A stretch of DNA of 64,000 bases from an uncultured Bacteroidia bacterium (GTDB lineage Bacteria; Bacteroidota; Bacteroidia; Bacteroidales; CAJPTX01): positions 1,776 through 65,775 of the forward strand of contig CAUUCP010000006.1 of assembly GCA_963543925.1 (NCBI GenBank), given 5' to 3'. Under the pieces are notes generated by a model, which saw nothing but the letters and a program-made list of their open reading frames with translations, had not been told where the DNA came from and made no database searches. This document shows positions 55,615 to 64,000 of the stretch, piece after piece (position 1 is the stretch's first letter; the number at the start of each line of letters is the position of its first letter). The position numbers and the translations under genes are program-made.

Positions 55615-55855
55615 GAGTATACCAATGCTACACCGACTCTACACCGACGATACACCGAGGGAATTAGGCAAAATTACCTACCCCAAAATAGCCCATATTC
55701 TATGCGTATTGCTTTATTCCGTCACTCTATTATTTAGCCTATCGTATAAAAAAGAGCTTTAGGATTTCCTAAGGTGGAGTAGGCATTATGTGTATAAAGA
55801 ACTGGCGTTGGGCGGCGAAATAGGCAGCCTCGTACACACTTTTACGGACAATATC
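55507..55855 (+). repeat. MITE-like dispersed element, copy B
   Basis: Left end GATCCAGTCCTAAAAAAGTGTCTAAG. The right end reverse-complements to GATATTGTCCGTAAAAGTGTGTACGAGG. Collinear with copy A throughout. Confidence 0.8.
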
Positions 55856-55928
55856 ATATTTGCGCTTCGGTATGGTTTTTGTGCCCACTCTTTATCACTA
55901 ATATGCGACTAATTCGTAACTTATTGGG

Positions 55929-57245
55929 ATGAGGGGAAGATCTATACATTGGACTCTATTACTTATCGCGACCTCTGTTTGTCAAGCTCTCCACGCAGCA
56001 CCCACCGATACCCTCCAACTTTCCCTCCCTGATGCCATTGCGCGGGCACAACAAGCGAACCTGCAACTCCGCTCCACCACCGAGGGGGTCAAGCAAGCTT
56101 CCCTCGGTGTACAAGAAGCTTATGGTGCGCTCCTCCCATCAATTGATGCCGTCGGAGGATATAATCGACATCTCAAAAAGCCTGTCATGTTCCTCCCTCC
56201 AGGTTCCCCCATGGGCGATGTCCTCGAACTAGGAGCCGACAACAGTTTCCAAGCTTCCGTCTCCGCAAAACTTCCACTACTCGCCTTACCCCTCTACCAA
56301 CAGATTGGAGTGGCAAAGACGGATCTCTCTATCGCTAAAGAGACCGAACGTGGGGCGCGTATTAACCTCGATGCCGATGTGCGCCTCGCCTTTGCCAATG
56401 CCCTCCTCGCAAACGCATCAAAAAACGTTGTCGAACAAAGCCTGCTGCGCGCAGAAGCAACCCTATTGCGTATAAAGAATCTCGCACAGCAGGGGATGGC
56501 CGCCGACTACGATCGCATCCGAGCAGAAGTGCAGGTCGCCAACCTCCGTCCTATCATCCTTCAAGCCAATGCTGGCGCTGAGGTGGCGCTACTCTCTCTC
56601 CGTACATTGGTCGGACTCCCAGACTCTATCCCTATTGCCCTTGTTGGCTCACTCGATTCGATGTTACAAGGGTTAGATACTACCCCCATCCTCGCAGGAA
56701 CGATGGATAACTCCTCCCTCCGACTCCTCTCTCTACAAGCCAATAAGCTCGATCTACAACGAAAGCTTATCCACTCTTCTCACTTCCCTATGTTGGTCGC
56801 CGTCGCTAGCTATCAGTGGCAAACGCAAGCTAATGATTTCGAGTTTAGTAAATACCGCTGGGTAGATATCTCTCTGATTGGGCTACAGCTCTCTATCCCT
56901 ATCTTCGCCGGTTTTACCAAATATCACCAAGAACAAAAGCTGCGCGTTGGCGTGCAAAGGATGCTCTTCCAACGAGAATACACCACACTCCAGCTGCAGA
57001 ATCAACGTCATGTCCTCGCTGAGCAAATGAACGCTGCTCGTGCCTCTATGGAGGCAAATCTTGCTGCGCAAGCTCTTGCAGAACAAGGCGTCGCCATCGC
57101 TCGCGGACGCTACCAAGTGGGAACCGCTACACTCCTCGAGCTCAATGACGCCGAGATGGCGCTCACTCAAGCCGCTCTAAACTATCTGAAAGCTGAGTTC
57201 GACTACATCAAGCTGCGTCTCGATTTGGAAAAGATAACTCGTTAA
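55929..57245 (+). CDS. TolC-family outer membrane efflux protein
   Basis: Signal peptide, two-repeat TolC architecture, first gene of a TolC-MFP-RND operon. Length is 438 aa. Confidence 0.85.
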   Translation: MRGRSIHWTLLLIATSVCQALHAAPTDTLQLSLPDAIARAQQANLQLRSTTEGVKQASLGVQEAYGALLPSIDAVGGYNRHLKKPVMFLPPGSPMGDVLELGADNSFQASVSAKLPLLALPLYQQIGVAKTDLSIAKETERGARINLDADVRLAFANALLANASKNVVEQSLLRAEATLLRIKNLAQQGMAADYDRIRAEVQVANLRPIILQANAGAEVALLSLRTLVGLPDSIPIALVGSLDSMLQGLDTTPILAGTMDNSSLRLLSLQANKLDLQRKLIHSSHFPMLVAVASYQWQTQANDFEFSKYRWVDISLIGLQLSIPIFAGFTKYHQEQKLRVGVQRMLFQREYTTLQLQNQRHVLAEQMNAARASMEANLAAQALAEQGVAIARGRYQVGTATLLELNDAEMALTQAALNYLKAEFDYIKLRLDLEKITR

Positions 57246-58291
57246 TGAGAAAAAAATACTTTCCCGCCCTCCTCGCAGCAGGGCTTTTTTCCCTCCTCGT
57301 CGCCTGCAACAGTAGGACGTCACAACAAGCACCTAGCGAAGTGGAACAAGCCCTCGAAGTGCGCGTTGCTCCTACCACCTCAGCTCGTGTGCAAGACACA
57401 GAGACCTTCGCCGCATCGGTTAATGCCTTCGAGGTTAACCATGTCTGCCCGGCGATTGCTGGACGGATCGAGGCCGTCTTGGTGGATGTGGGCGACCTCG
57501 TGTCGGAGGGACAAAAACTCGTGCAGATGGACGAAACGCAGCTCCTTACAGCACGCGCCCAACTTGTCTCGCTAGAGCGCGACCTCGCGCGACTCGATAC
57601 GCTTCGTACCCTCGGCAGTGTCACACAACAACAGTACGATCAGCTACATACACAAGTCGAGGTCGCCCGTGCTCAAGTTGCTAATTTGCAAAAGAATACT
57701 AGACTTACTGCTCCGATTGCGGGTATCGTTACCGGACGTTATTTCCAGCCAGGCGAGCTCTTTACAATGTCCCCTACTCCAGAGTCTGCAGGACGCTCTG
57801 CGATTGTCACCCTTATGCAGATGAACCCCATCAAGGTGAAGTTTAATCTCCCCGAGGAACGTCTCGGAGCTCTAAAGGTCGGACAGGCTGTGGATGTCAC
57901 CCTCGATGCCTATCCCAACGAACACTTCCAAGGGGCGATTTATCGTCTAGCCCCTACCGTACACGCCCTTTCGCACACTCTAGAGGTTGAGGTAAAGGTG
58001 CCCAATCCCCAACTCCGTCTTAAGCCTGGAATGTTTGCGCGGATTAACCTCTCTTTTGGTGAGGTCGAGCGACTCCTCGTCCCCGACCTCGCTATCGTAC
58101 AGCAACGAGGTACAAACGATCGTGCCGTCTTCGTTGCACAGCAAGGTAGGGCGCGACGAAAGGTGGTGAAGCTTGGAAATCGGCAGGGTGACAAAATCGA
58201 GGTGCTCGAAGGACTCGCCCTCACCGACTCGGTGATCACCACTGGACTGCGTTTCTTACAGGACGGACACGCCATTCGTGTAGTACATTAA
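57245..58291 (+). CDS. RND efflux periplasmic adaptor (MFP) lipoprotein
   Basis: Lipobox LLVAC, a HlyD-like lipoyl/coiled-coil/beta-barrel layout, and TAATG overlap with the TolC gene. Confidence 0.88.
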   Translation: MRKKYFPALLAAGLFSLLVACNSRTSQQAPSEVEQALEVRVAPTTSARVQDTETFAASVNAFEVNHVCPAIAGRIEAVLVDVGDLVSEGQKLVQMDETQLLTARAQLVSLERDLARLDTLRTLGSVTQQQYDQLHTQVEVARAQVANLQKNTRLTAPIAGIVTGRYFQPGELFTMSPTPESAGRSAIVTLMQMNPIKVKFNLPEERLGALKVGQAVDVTLDAYPNEHFQGAIYRLAPTVHALSHTLEVEVKVPNPQLRLKPGMFARINLSFGEVERLLVPDLAIVQQRGTNDRAVFVAQQGRARRKVVKLGNRQGDKIEVLEGLALTDSVITTGLRFLQDGHAIRVVH

Positions 58292-58306
58292 AATGGGTAT
58301 CTACTC

Positions 58307-61300
58307 ATGAAGCTCTACGAATCCGCTGTCAGAAAGCCTATTACAACCCTCCTCCTCTTTGTTGCAGTTATCCTCTTCGGTCTCTTCTCCTACAACCGAT
58401 TGGCTGTCGACCTCTACCCAGAGATCGATCCACCCTACATCTCTATCTTCACCTTTTACCAAGGGGCAAATGCCGAGGATATCGAAACCAACATCTCCCG
58501 ACTGCTCGAAGATAACCTCAATACTGTGGCAAACCTCAAGAAGCTAACTTCCTCCTCTTACGAGAACTATTCGCTCCTTGTACTAGAGTTCGAATGGGGC
58601 GCAAACCTCGATGAGGCCACAAATAATATCCGAGACGCCCTCAGTCGTATCACAAAGAAGCTCCCCTCAGGTGTCGAGACGCCGATCATCTTCAAGTTCA
58701 ACACCAATATGATTCCAATCCTCGAATTCTCGGTCACCGCCAGAGAAAGCACACCCGCACTTGCCGAGATTATCGAGGACGTTATCGTCAATCCCCTCAA
58801 CCGTATCGACGGCGTCGGGGCGATCTCTATCACGGGAGGAGAAAAACGTGAGATTATGGTCGACGTCGACCCCAAGCGACTCGAAGGCTATAACCTCACG
58901 GTCGAACAGATCGGAGCTGCCATTACGCGCGAAAACATCAATATCCCCGCGGGAAACCTCTCTACGGGTAATATGAGTCTAGCCATGCGGGTCCAGGGTG
59001 AATTTGACGCCTCACAGCGCCTAAATAGCCTCGTCGTGGGACAGTTCCAAGGAAGGAATATAAGACTCGACGAGGTGGCGCGTGTCAACGATTCCCTCGC
59101 AGAGGCCACCCTCGTCGTCCGACGCAACGGACAAAGAGCTCTCCGTTTTTCTGTACAAAAACAGTCCGGGGCTAACGCCGTCAAGGTCGTGAAAGAGGTG
59201 ATGGCCATGCTACCCGAGCTCAAAAGAAACCTACCACAAGACGTCGAAATTGCCACCCTCTTCAACACCTCAGAGTTCATCGAGAATAGCATTAACTCCC
59301 TCACAGAGACTGTCCTCTACGCCGCCCTTTTCGTTACACTCGTTATCCTATTTTTCCTAGGACGTTGGCGCGCAACATTCATTATCATCATCACCATCCC
59401 CGTCTCACTCATCGCAGCCTTTATCTACCTATTTGTCTCGGGAAACTCTATCAACATCATCTCCCTGAGCTCCCTCTCTATAGCCATCGGGATGGTCGTC
59501 GACGACGCGATCGTGGTCCTCGAAAACGTCACCACGCATCTCGAGCGGGGAAGCTCTCCACGCGAAGCTGCCGTCTACGGAACCAACGAGGTCGCCCTCT
59601 CCGTCATCGCAGCAACCCTCACCGTGGTCGCCGTCTTCTTACCTCTGACCATGATTAGCGGACTCAGCGGTATTATGTTTCGACAGCTAGGTGCCTCGGT
59701 TTCTATAGTGATTGTCATTTCCGTGATGGCCGCCCTCTCACTCACCCCGATGCTCTCCTCTCGAATCCTCAAGTTTCGTGAGAAAAAGGTTTCTACGAAG
59801 AGGAATCGTATACAACAAGCGATCGAGACCATACTACGATCGCTCGACAACGTCTATGCACGTACCCTTATCTGGACTACCCAGCACCGTACCTTCATGA
59901 TTATCGCCACCTTCCTCATTTTCATCGGGAGTATGATGCTCATCCCTCGCCTCCGTACAGAGTTTATGCCACAGTCCGATAACTCGCGTATTAGCGTTAC
60001 CGCAAAGCTCGCTACTGGCGTGCGTGTCGAGTATACAGGACACATCGTAGATACGATAGAGCGCTTGCTCAACCTACAAAACCCAGAGATCACACTCCTC
60101 GCCTCCACCTATGGCGCAGCCTCCAGCGACAACCTCTTTGCTGCATTCAATGGTAGTGGGAATAATATCATCTCCCTCGATATCCGTCTCGTAAAACCCG
60201 ACAAACGCGCACGTTCCATGTTTACCATCAGTGACTCCGTACGTGCCATGCTACGACGATTCCCTGAAATTGAATCCCTTACCGTCAAACCCGGAGGAAA
60301 CCAAGGGGGCATGGGAGGTGCCCCAACCATCGATGTCAACGTCTTCGGATACGACCTCGACCGTACCACACCCATCGCCGAGCAACTCGCAGAGGCTATG
60401 CGAGACATCCCAGGTACCAGAGACGTACAGGTCAAACGAGACCCCTTTAAGCAGGAGTATAATATCGAGTTCGACCGAGAAAAGCTCGCGATGCACGGTC
60501 TCAATACTGCCACCGCGGCCGCCTATGTGCGTAATCGGATGAACGGGCTTATCGCCTCTAAATTCCGAGAGGGGGGAAAAGAATACGATATCCGAGTCCG
60601 TTACGCAAAGCCCTACCGAGAGTCCCTCGCCGATGTACAGAATATCACCCTATACTCCAACACAGGAGTCCCATTTAAGCTCAAAGAGGTCGCCAAAATC
60701 TCCGAATTCTACGCGCCACCCTACATTAGTCGAGAGAACCGGCAGCGCACGATTACCGTCTCCACGGGGTTACACAATGCCTCCCTCTCTGCCGTCGTAG
60801 ATGAGATCTGGAAGGTGGTCGAACGCATGGAACTCCCCTCCGATATCTCCATCGGAATCGGGGGAACCGCCAAGGAACAACAAGACTCTCAACAGGACAT
60901 GGGGCTACTCCTCATCCTCGTGCTCCTATTGGTATACATCGTTATGGCATCCCAGTTCGAATCCTTCAAATCCCCATTCATTATCATGCTCTCCCTCCCC
61001 TTCGCCTTTAGTGGGGTCGTGCTCGCACTCCTCGTTACTGGAGAGGCGCTAAGTCTCATCTCCATGATCGGTGCGATTATGCTCGTCGGCATTGCGGTGA
61101 AAAATGGGATTGTACTCGTCGATTATACCAACCTCTTGCGTGAAAGAGGTTACTCTACATTCCGTGCCGTAATCGAGGGGGGAAAATCCCGTCTCCGACC
61201 TGTGCTTATGACCTCCCTCACTACAATCCTTGGCATGGTCCCCCTTGCCCTAAGCTCTGGAGAAGGCTCTGAAGTATGGCGTCCGATGGGCGTTGCCGTG

Positions 61301-61420
61301 ATTGGAGGACTCACCTTCTCTACCCTACTGACCCTACTGATCGTACCAGCCGTTTATGCCGCTTTTGCGGGAAGAGAAATGGTTAGTAAGCGGAAAAAGC
61401 GCTTGCGTGCAAGCCAATAA
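58307..61420 (+). CDS. RND (AcrB/HAE1-type) efflux permease
   Basis: 1037 aa, 12-TM pattern with two large periplasmic loops, and N-terminus AVRKPITTLLLFVAVILFG typical of AcrB-family proteins. Confidence 0.93.
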   Translation: MKLYESAVRKPITTLLLFVAVILFGLFSYNRLAVDLYPEIDPPYISIFTFYQGANAEDIETNISRLLEDNLNTVANLKKLTSSSYENYSLLVLEFEWGANLDEATNNIRDALSRITKKLPSGVETPIIFKFNTNMIPILEFSVTARESTPALAEIIEDVIVNPLNRIDGVGAISITGGEKREIMVDVDPKRLEGYNLTVEQIGAAITRENINIPAGNLSTGNMSLAMRVQGEFDASQRLNSLVVGQFQGRNIRLDEVARVNDSLAEATLVVRRNGQRALRFSVQKQSGANAVKVVKEVMAMLPELKRNLPQDVEIATLFNTSEFIENSINSLTETVLYAALFVTLVILFFLGRWRATFIIIITIPVSLIAAFIYLFVSGNSINIISLSSLSIAIGMVVDDAIVVLENVTTHLERGSSPREAAVYGTNEVALSVIAATLTVVAVFLPLTMISGLSGIMFRQLGASVSIVIVISVMAALSLTPMLSSRILKFREKKVSTKRNRIQQAIETILRSLDNVYARTLIWTTQHRTFMIIATFLIFIGSMMLIPRLRTEFMPQSDNSRISVTAKLATGVRVEYTGHIVDTIERLLNLQNPEITLLASTYGAASSDNLFAAFNGSGNNIISLDIRLVKPDKRARSMFTISDSVRAMLRRFPEIESLTVKPGGNQGGMGGAPTIDVNVFGYDLDRTTPIAEQLAEAMRDIPGTRDVQVKRDPFKQEYNIEFDREKLAMHGLNTATAAAYVRNRMNGLIASKFREGGKEYDIRVRYAKPYRESLADVQNITLYSNTGVPFKLKEVAKISEFYAPPYISRENRQRTITVSTGLHNASLSAVVDEIWKVVERMELPSDISIGIGGTAKEQQDSQQDMGLLLILVLLLVYIVMASQFESFKSPFIIMLSLPFAFSGVVLALLVTGEALSLISMIGAIMLVGIAVKNGIVLVDYTNLLRERGYSTFRAVIEGGKSRLRPVLMTSLTTILGMVPLALSSGEGSEVWRPMGVAVIGGLTFSTLLTLLIVPAVYAAFAGREMVSKRKKRLRASQ

Positions 61421-61456
61421 ACTCGAAAAATCAACTCCTAAAGATGAACTGATTCG

Positions 61457-61490
61457 CATAGGGGGGAGTGAATCTCCCCTATGTTATTTT
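61457..61490 (+). terminator. rho-independent terminator after the RND operon
   Basis: CATAGGGGGGAG tgaat CTCCCCTATG followed by TTATTTT. Confidence 0.7.
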
Positions 61491-61553
61491 GGAAGGGGAG
61501 ACTCTAATAATAGCTAAAAAAGCCCTCGCGATACGATCCGTAAAAGTGAGGAA

Positions 61554-61903
61554 GATACTGTCCTAAAAGAGTGTGTAAATGTCGCAGCTACTGGGGAGAA
61601 AAACAGGGAAATACCGCTTTATGTTTTCATCAATTCCTTATCCCCAAACAAGGCATGTTCGGAGTACACCAACGCTACACGCCCGCTACACGCCCTCTAC
61701 ACGGAAGGAATTAGGTAAAATTACCTACTCCAAAATAGCCCATACTCTATACGTATTTCTTTATTTCGTCACGCTATTAGTTAGCTTATTGTATAAAAAT
61801 AGAGCTTTAGAATTTCCTGAAGTGGTAGTGTACACTATGCGTATAAAAACAGTCGTAGACCTGAGGGGAGACAGGGGCTTTATACCCTTTTACGCGCACT
61901 ACC
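61554..61903 (+). repeat. MITE-like dispersed element, copy C (right end degenerate)
   Basis: The left end GATACTGTCCTAAAAGAGTGTGTAA is identical to copy A. The interior is collinear with A and B. The right TIR is only partly recognisable (CCCTTTTACGCGCACTACC). Confidence 0.7.
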
Positions 61904-61961
61904 AACAGATCTCGTTTTTTACATTCTCTCGTCTCGATTTTGCTAGTTAGAGCCTTCTTTG

Positions 61962-61969
61962 TACTTTTG
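61962..61969 (+). promoter_or_regulatory. -7 box TACTTTTG
   Basis: 36 nt upstream of ATG 62006. Confidence 0.45.
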
Positions 61970-62005
61970 GTAAACGAACTAACCAATACAAAGTACTAGC
62001 ATACC

Positions 62006-62800
62006 ATGAATAGTTCTTTTAGGCTGGCAATCCTACTGCTTTTGGGCTCTCTTCTTCTAATAACTTTTCCCACCCTAGCTGCGAACGACGGAAAAGATTT
62101 TACCCAAAAAGAACGCGAGGACGCAAACGTCGCTGCAAATACCCCAGGGCTTTCCAAGCTCGAGAAAGAGGTCTACTACTACCTGAACCTCGCTCGAATT
62201 GCTCCGAAGACCTTCGCCAACAAATACGTAAAAGATTATAAAGGTGAAGGGTATATGTTCGCCGAGAGACAAGAGTCACTCTACCAGCAACTTCTGGAAA
62301 TGAAGCCGCTCGGGCGTCTAAAGCCCGACCAAAAGCTCATAGAAACCGCCGTATGTTTTGCTACCCAAGCTGGAAAGGCTGGGATTATGGGACACTCAAG
62401 AGCGGGGACTTCCTGCAAGGAAGAGTACGAAGGTGAATGCTGCGCTTACGGAAAAATGAGCGCCCTAGCAAACGTGGTCGAATTGCTGGTAGATCCTGGG
62501 GAAGGAAACGAATCTCTAGGACATCGAAAGATTATGCTCTCTGGAAAATACCACTTCATGGGATGCGCAGAACGAGATCACAAACAGTTCGAAAAGAATC
62601 TAGTCCTCGATTTCGGATCGGCAAGTAATGGTGAACTACACCAAGGCGAAGAGCCTCAAGAAGGTGGAAGATGCCCCTATGAAGAAGATGAGAAGGAAGT
62701 CCAGCAAATCGTCGACGATGCCTGCGGCTCTAGCTGTCCAGAAACAGATGACGACTCGGACGACGATGATGATCTCGGTGATGATGAAGATTCCGAGTAG
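62006..62800 (+). CDS. secreted CAP/SCP (YkwD-like) domain protein with poly-acidic tail
   Basis: Signal peptide; YYLNLARIAP, IMGHSRAG, ESLGHRKIML..YHFMGCA; C-terminus DDDSDDDDDLGDDEDSE. Confidence 0.7.
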   Translation: MNSSFRLAILLLLGSLLLITFPTLAANDGKDFTQKEREDANVAANTPGLSKLEKEVYYYLNLARIAPKTFANKYVKDYKGEGYMFAERQESLYQQLLEMKPLGRLKPDQKLIETAVCFATQAGKAGIMGHSRAGTSCKEEYEGECCAYGKMSALANVVELLVDPGEGNESLGHRKIMLSGKYHFMGCAERDHKQFEKNLVLDFGSASNGELHQGEEPQEGGRCPYEEDEKEVQQIVDDACGSSCPETDDDSDDDDDLGDDEDSE

Positions 62801-62815
62801 GGCGTTAACGCTGCT

Positions 62816-63094
62816 TTGTACCATACCATGGGATGTGCGGAACGTGAGCATCGAGAGTACAGCAAGAACCTTGTCATGGACTTCGGGATAGGATCTAACG
62901 ACGACGATGACCTACTACTAGGCGACGACGGAGCGCCAGAAGATGATTTGTCGAAACAAGCGGATGTCCGCACTGACAAAAGAAATTCGTGCGAGAAACT
63001 GGCAGACGAAATAGAGGAAAATATGAACAAAATTGGGGAAGGTTGCGAAGACATAGATGCCGAGGCTGATGCCGAGATCGAGGCCGACCTCTAG
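62816..63094 (+). pseudogene. fragment duplicating the last CAP-domain strand plus an acidic tail, in frame with the upstream gene after its TAG
   Basis: YHTMGCAEREHREYSKNLVMDFGIGS aligns with the upstream YHFMGCAERDHKQFEKNLVLDFGSAS. No signal peptide or N-terminal CAP region. Same reading frame as 62006..62800. Confidence 0.55.
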
Positions 63095-63134
63095 TACCGA
63101 CCGATCCTCCTAACAACAGATTGTAACTAGTACC

Positions 63135-64000
63135 ATGAATAGAAAACTTTTTCTACTACTCTTTTGGCTGATAGGCTTTTGTAGCCTCTCCGCGCTAGCA
63201 CAAAGCTACTACGAGTTTTCCTATAAAGATAAGGCGGGAAAACTCTGCTACGGATTCATGATTTATGAATCCGACGACAACTGCTCTATGCGTATCGTGC
63301 AGCTTACAAACAATCAAGAGGTGACTGCTGCCGAGGAAATCAAATACGTCGGACAGCAGGGCGTGGAAAACGGACAACAGTACACTGCCCTCTGTCCAGA
63401 GAAAGAACAAGCGAACGCCCCCAATATCGTCTTCTTTTGGAATAAGCTCAAGGGATCCAAGAATCTAGAGATCGTCCCCGCCCTCTGCTTTGATCTCGAA
63501 AAGGACGATTTCCAAGATCCAGAATCTTTTACCGAGGTCGGATTATCGGACATTACAACAGACTATTTGCAACAGTTTTACTCCCCAGAAGAGGAAACGT
63601 ATAAGTCCATTTTCAGAGCCCAAAAGGAGATAGTAAAACAACGAGAACAGATCGCGAAAAATCTCGGTGACGGTTCCGATATCTTCCGAGCCGTCATGGA
63701 TTTCCTCGCAGAAAATGGCGTAAAAGTCGATGTATCTACACCGCCAGCAACGACACAGCAAAACAATGGCGAAGCAAACGTCGCCAACGAAGGAGGCAAT
63801 TGCGCTAACGTTGACAATAGCAACGCTTCTGATAATAACGATGGAAATGGAAACCGCGCAGACGACGCTGAAGAGGACGACGATAACGACCAAGGGGGAA
63901 GCGCTGACAACGATGCAGACGATGACGATAACGATGCAAGCGACTACAATCAGGGAAATAACCTAGCCTCCACAACTCCCAACGCCGCAGGCGTTACGCT
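63135..64000 (+). CDS. secreted hypothetical protein with N/D-rich acidic tail (3' partial; not in the ORF track)
   Basis: Hand translation from ATG 63135 (MNRKLFLLLFWLIGFCSLSALAQSYYEF...) meets no stop before the window end. It has a signal peptide and a coding-like first 190 aa, then NNGEANVANEGGN...DDAEEDDDNDQGGSADNDADDDDND. Confidence 0.65.
   Translation, partial: MNRKLFLLLFWLIGFCSLSALAQSYYEFSYKDKAGKLCYGFMIYESDDNCSMRIVQLTNNQEVTAAEEIKYVGQQGVENGQQYTALCPEKEQANAPNIVFFWNKLKGSKNLEIVPALCFDLEKDDFQDPESFTEVGLSDITTDYLQQFYSPEEETYKSIFRAQKEIVKQREQIAKNLGDGSDIFRAVMDFLAENGVKVDVSTPPATTQQNNGEANVANEGGNCANVDNSNASDNNDGNGNRADDAEEDDDNDQGGSADNDADDDDNDASDYNQGNNLASTTPNAAGVT

Overview
All calls below were made by eye from the sequence and the ORF track; no searches or computations were run. 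The window looks like a Bacteroidota chromosome: a T9SS C-terminal sorting domain, a PorX-type regulator, TAnnTTTG -7 promoter boxes and many lipobox proteins. Most genes are on the + strand. From left to right it holds: a 5'-partial HAMP-GAF sensor; a small glycan locus (rfbA, rfbB, a GT2, manC); prfB with its programmed +1 frameshift; an RRM RNA-binding protein; yggS; a PorW/SprE-like TPR lipoprotein plus PorX and tsaE; a sigma-54 activator with lptE-like and secG genes; gdh; an AsmA-like gene (- strand); a repeat-rich T9SS cargo protein; yicC, gmk, nadD, rplS, tRNA-Arg(ACG); rimP-nusA-infB; purB; and an MsbA-like ABC protein. The most unusual content is an operon-like block of about 13 kb (38.5-51.8 kb). 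It combines two CheR methyltransferases and a receiver-less CheB with three GAF/coiled-coil sensors, a PP2C phosphatase, a SiaB-like kinase, a SiaC-like (DUF1987) protein and a TerB-fused ABC-G exporter. No CheA, CheW, CheY or MCP signalling domain occurs anywhere in the window. This is a candidate methylation-tuned Ser/Thr partner-switch pathway. After it come an IS5-family element with a frameshifted transposase, three tandem lipoproteins with E/K/R-rich stalks, a TolC-MFP-RND efflux operon, a CAP-domain protein and acidic-tailed secreted proteins. Four copies of a roughly 350-bp element with terminal inverted repeats (MITE-like) lie in intergenic regions, and two of them bracket the efflux operon. 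The G-versus-C strand composition flips abruptly at one copy. Element boundaries and remote-homology calls are provisional.
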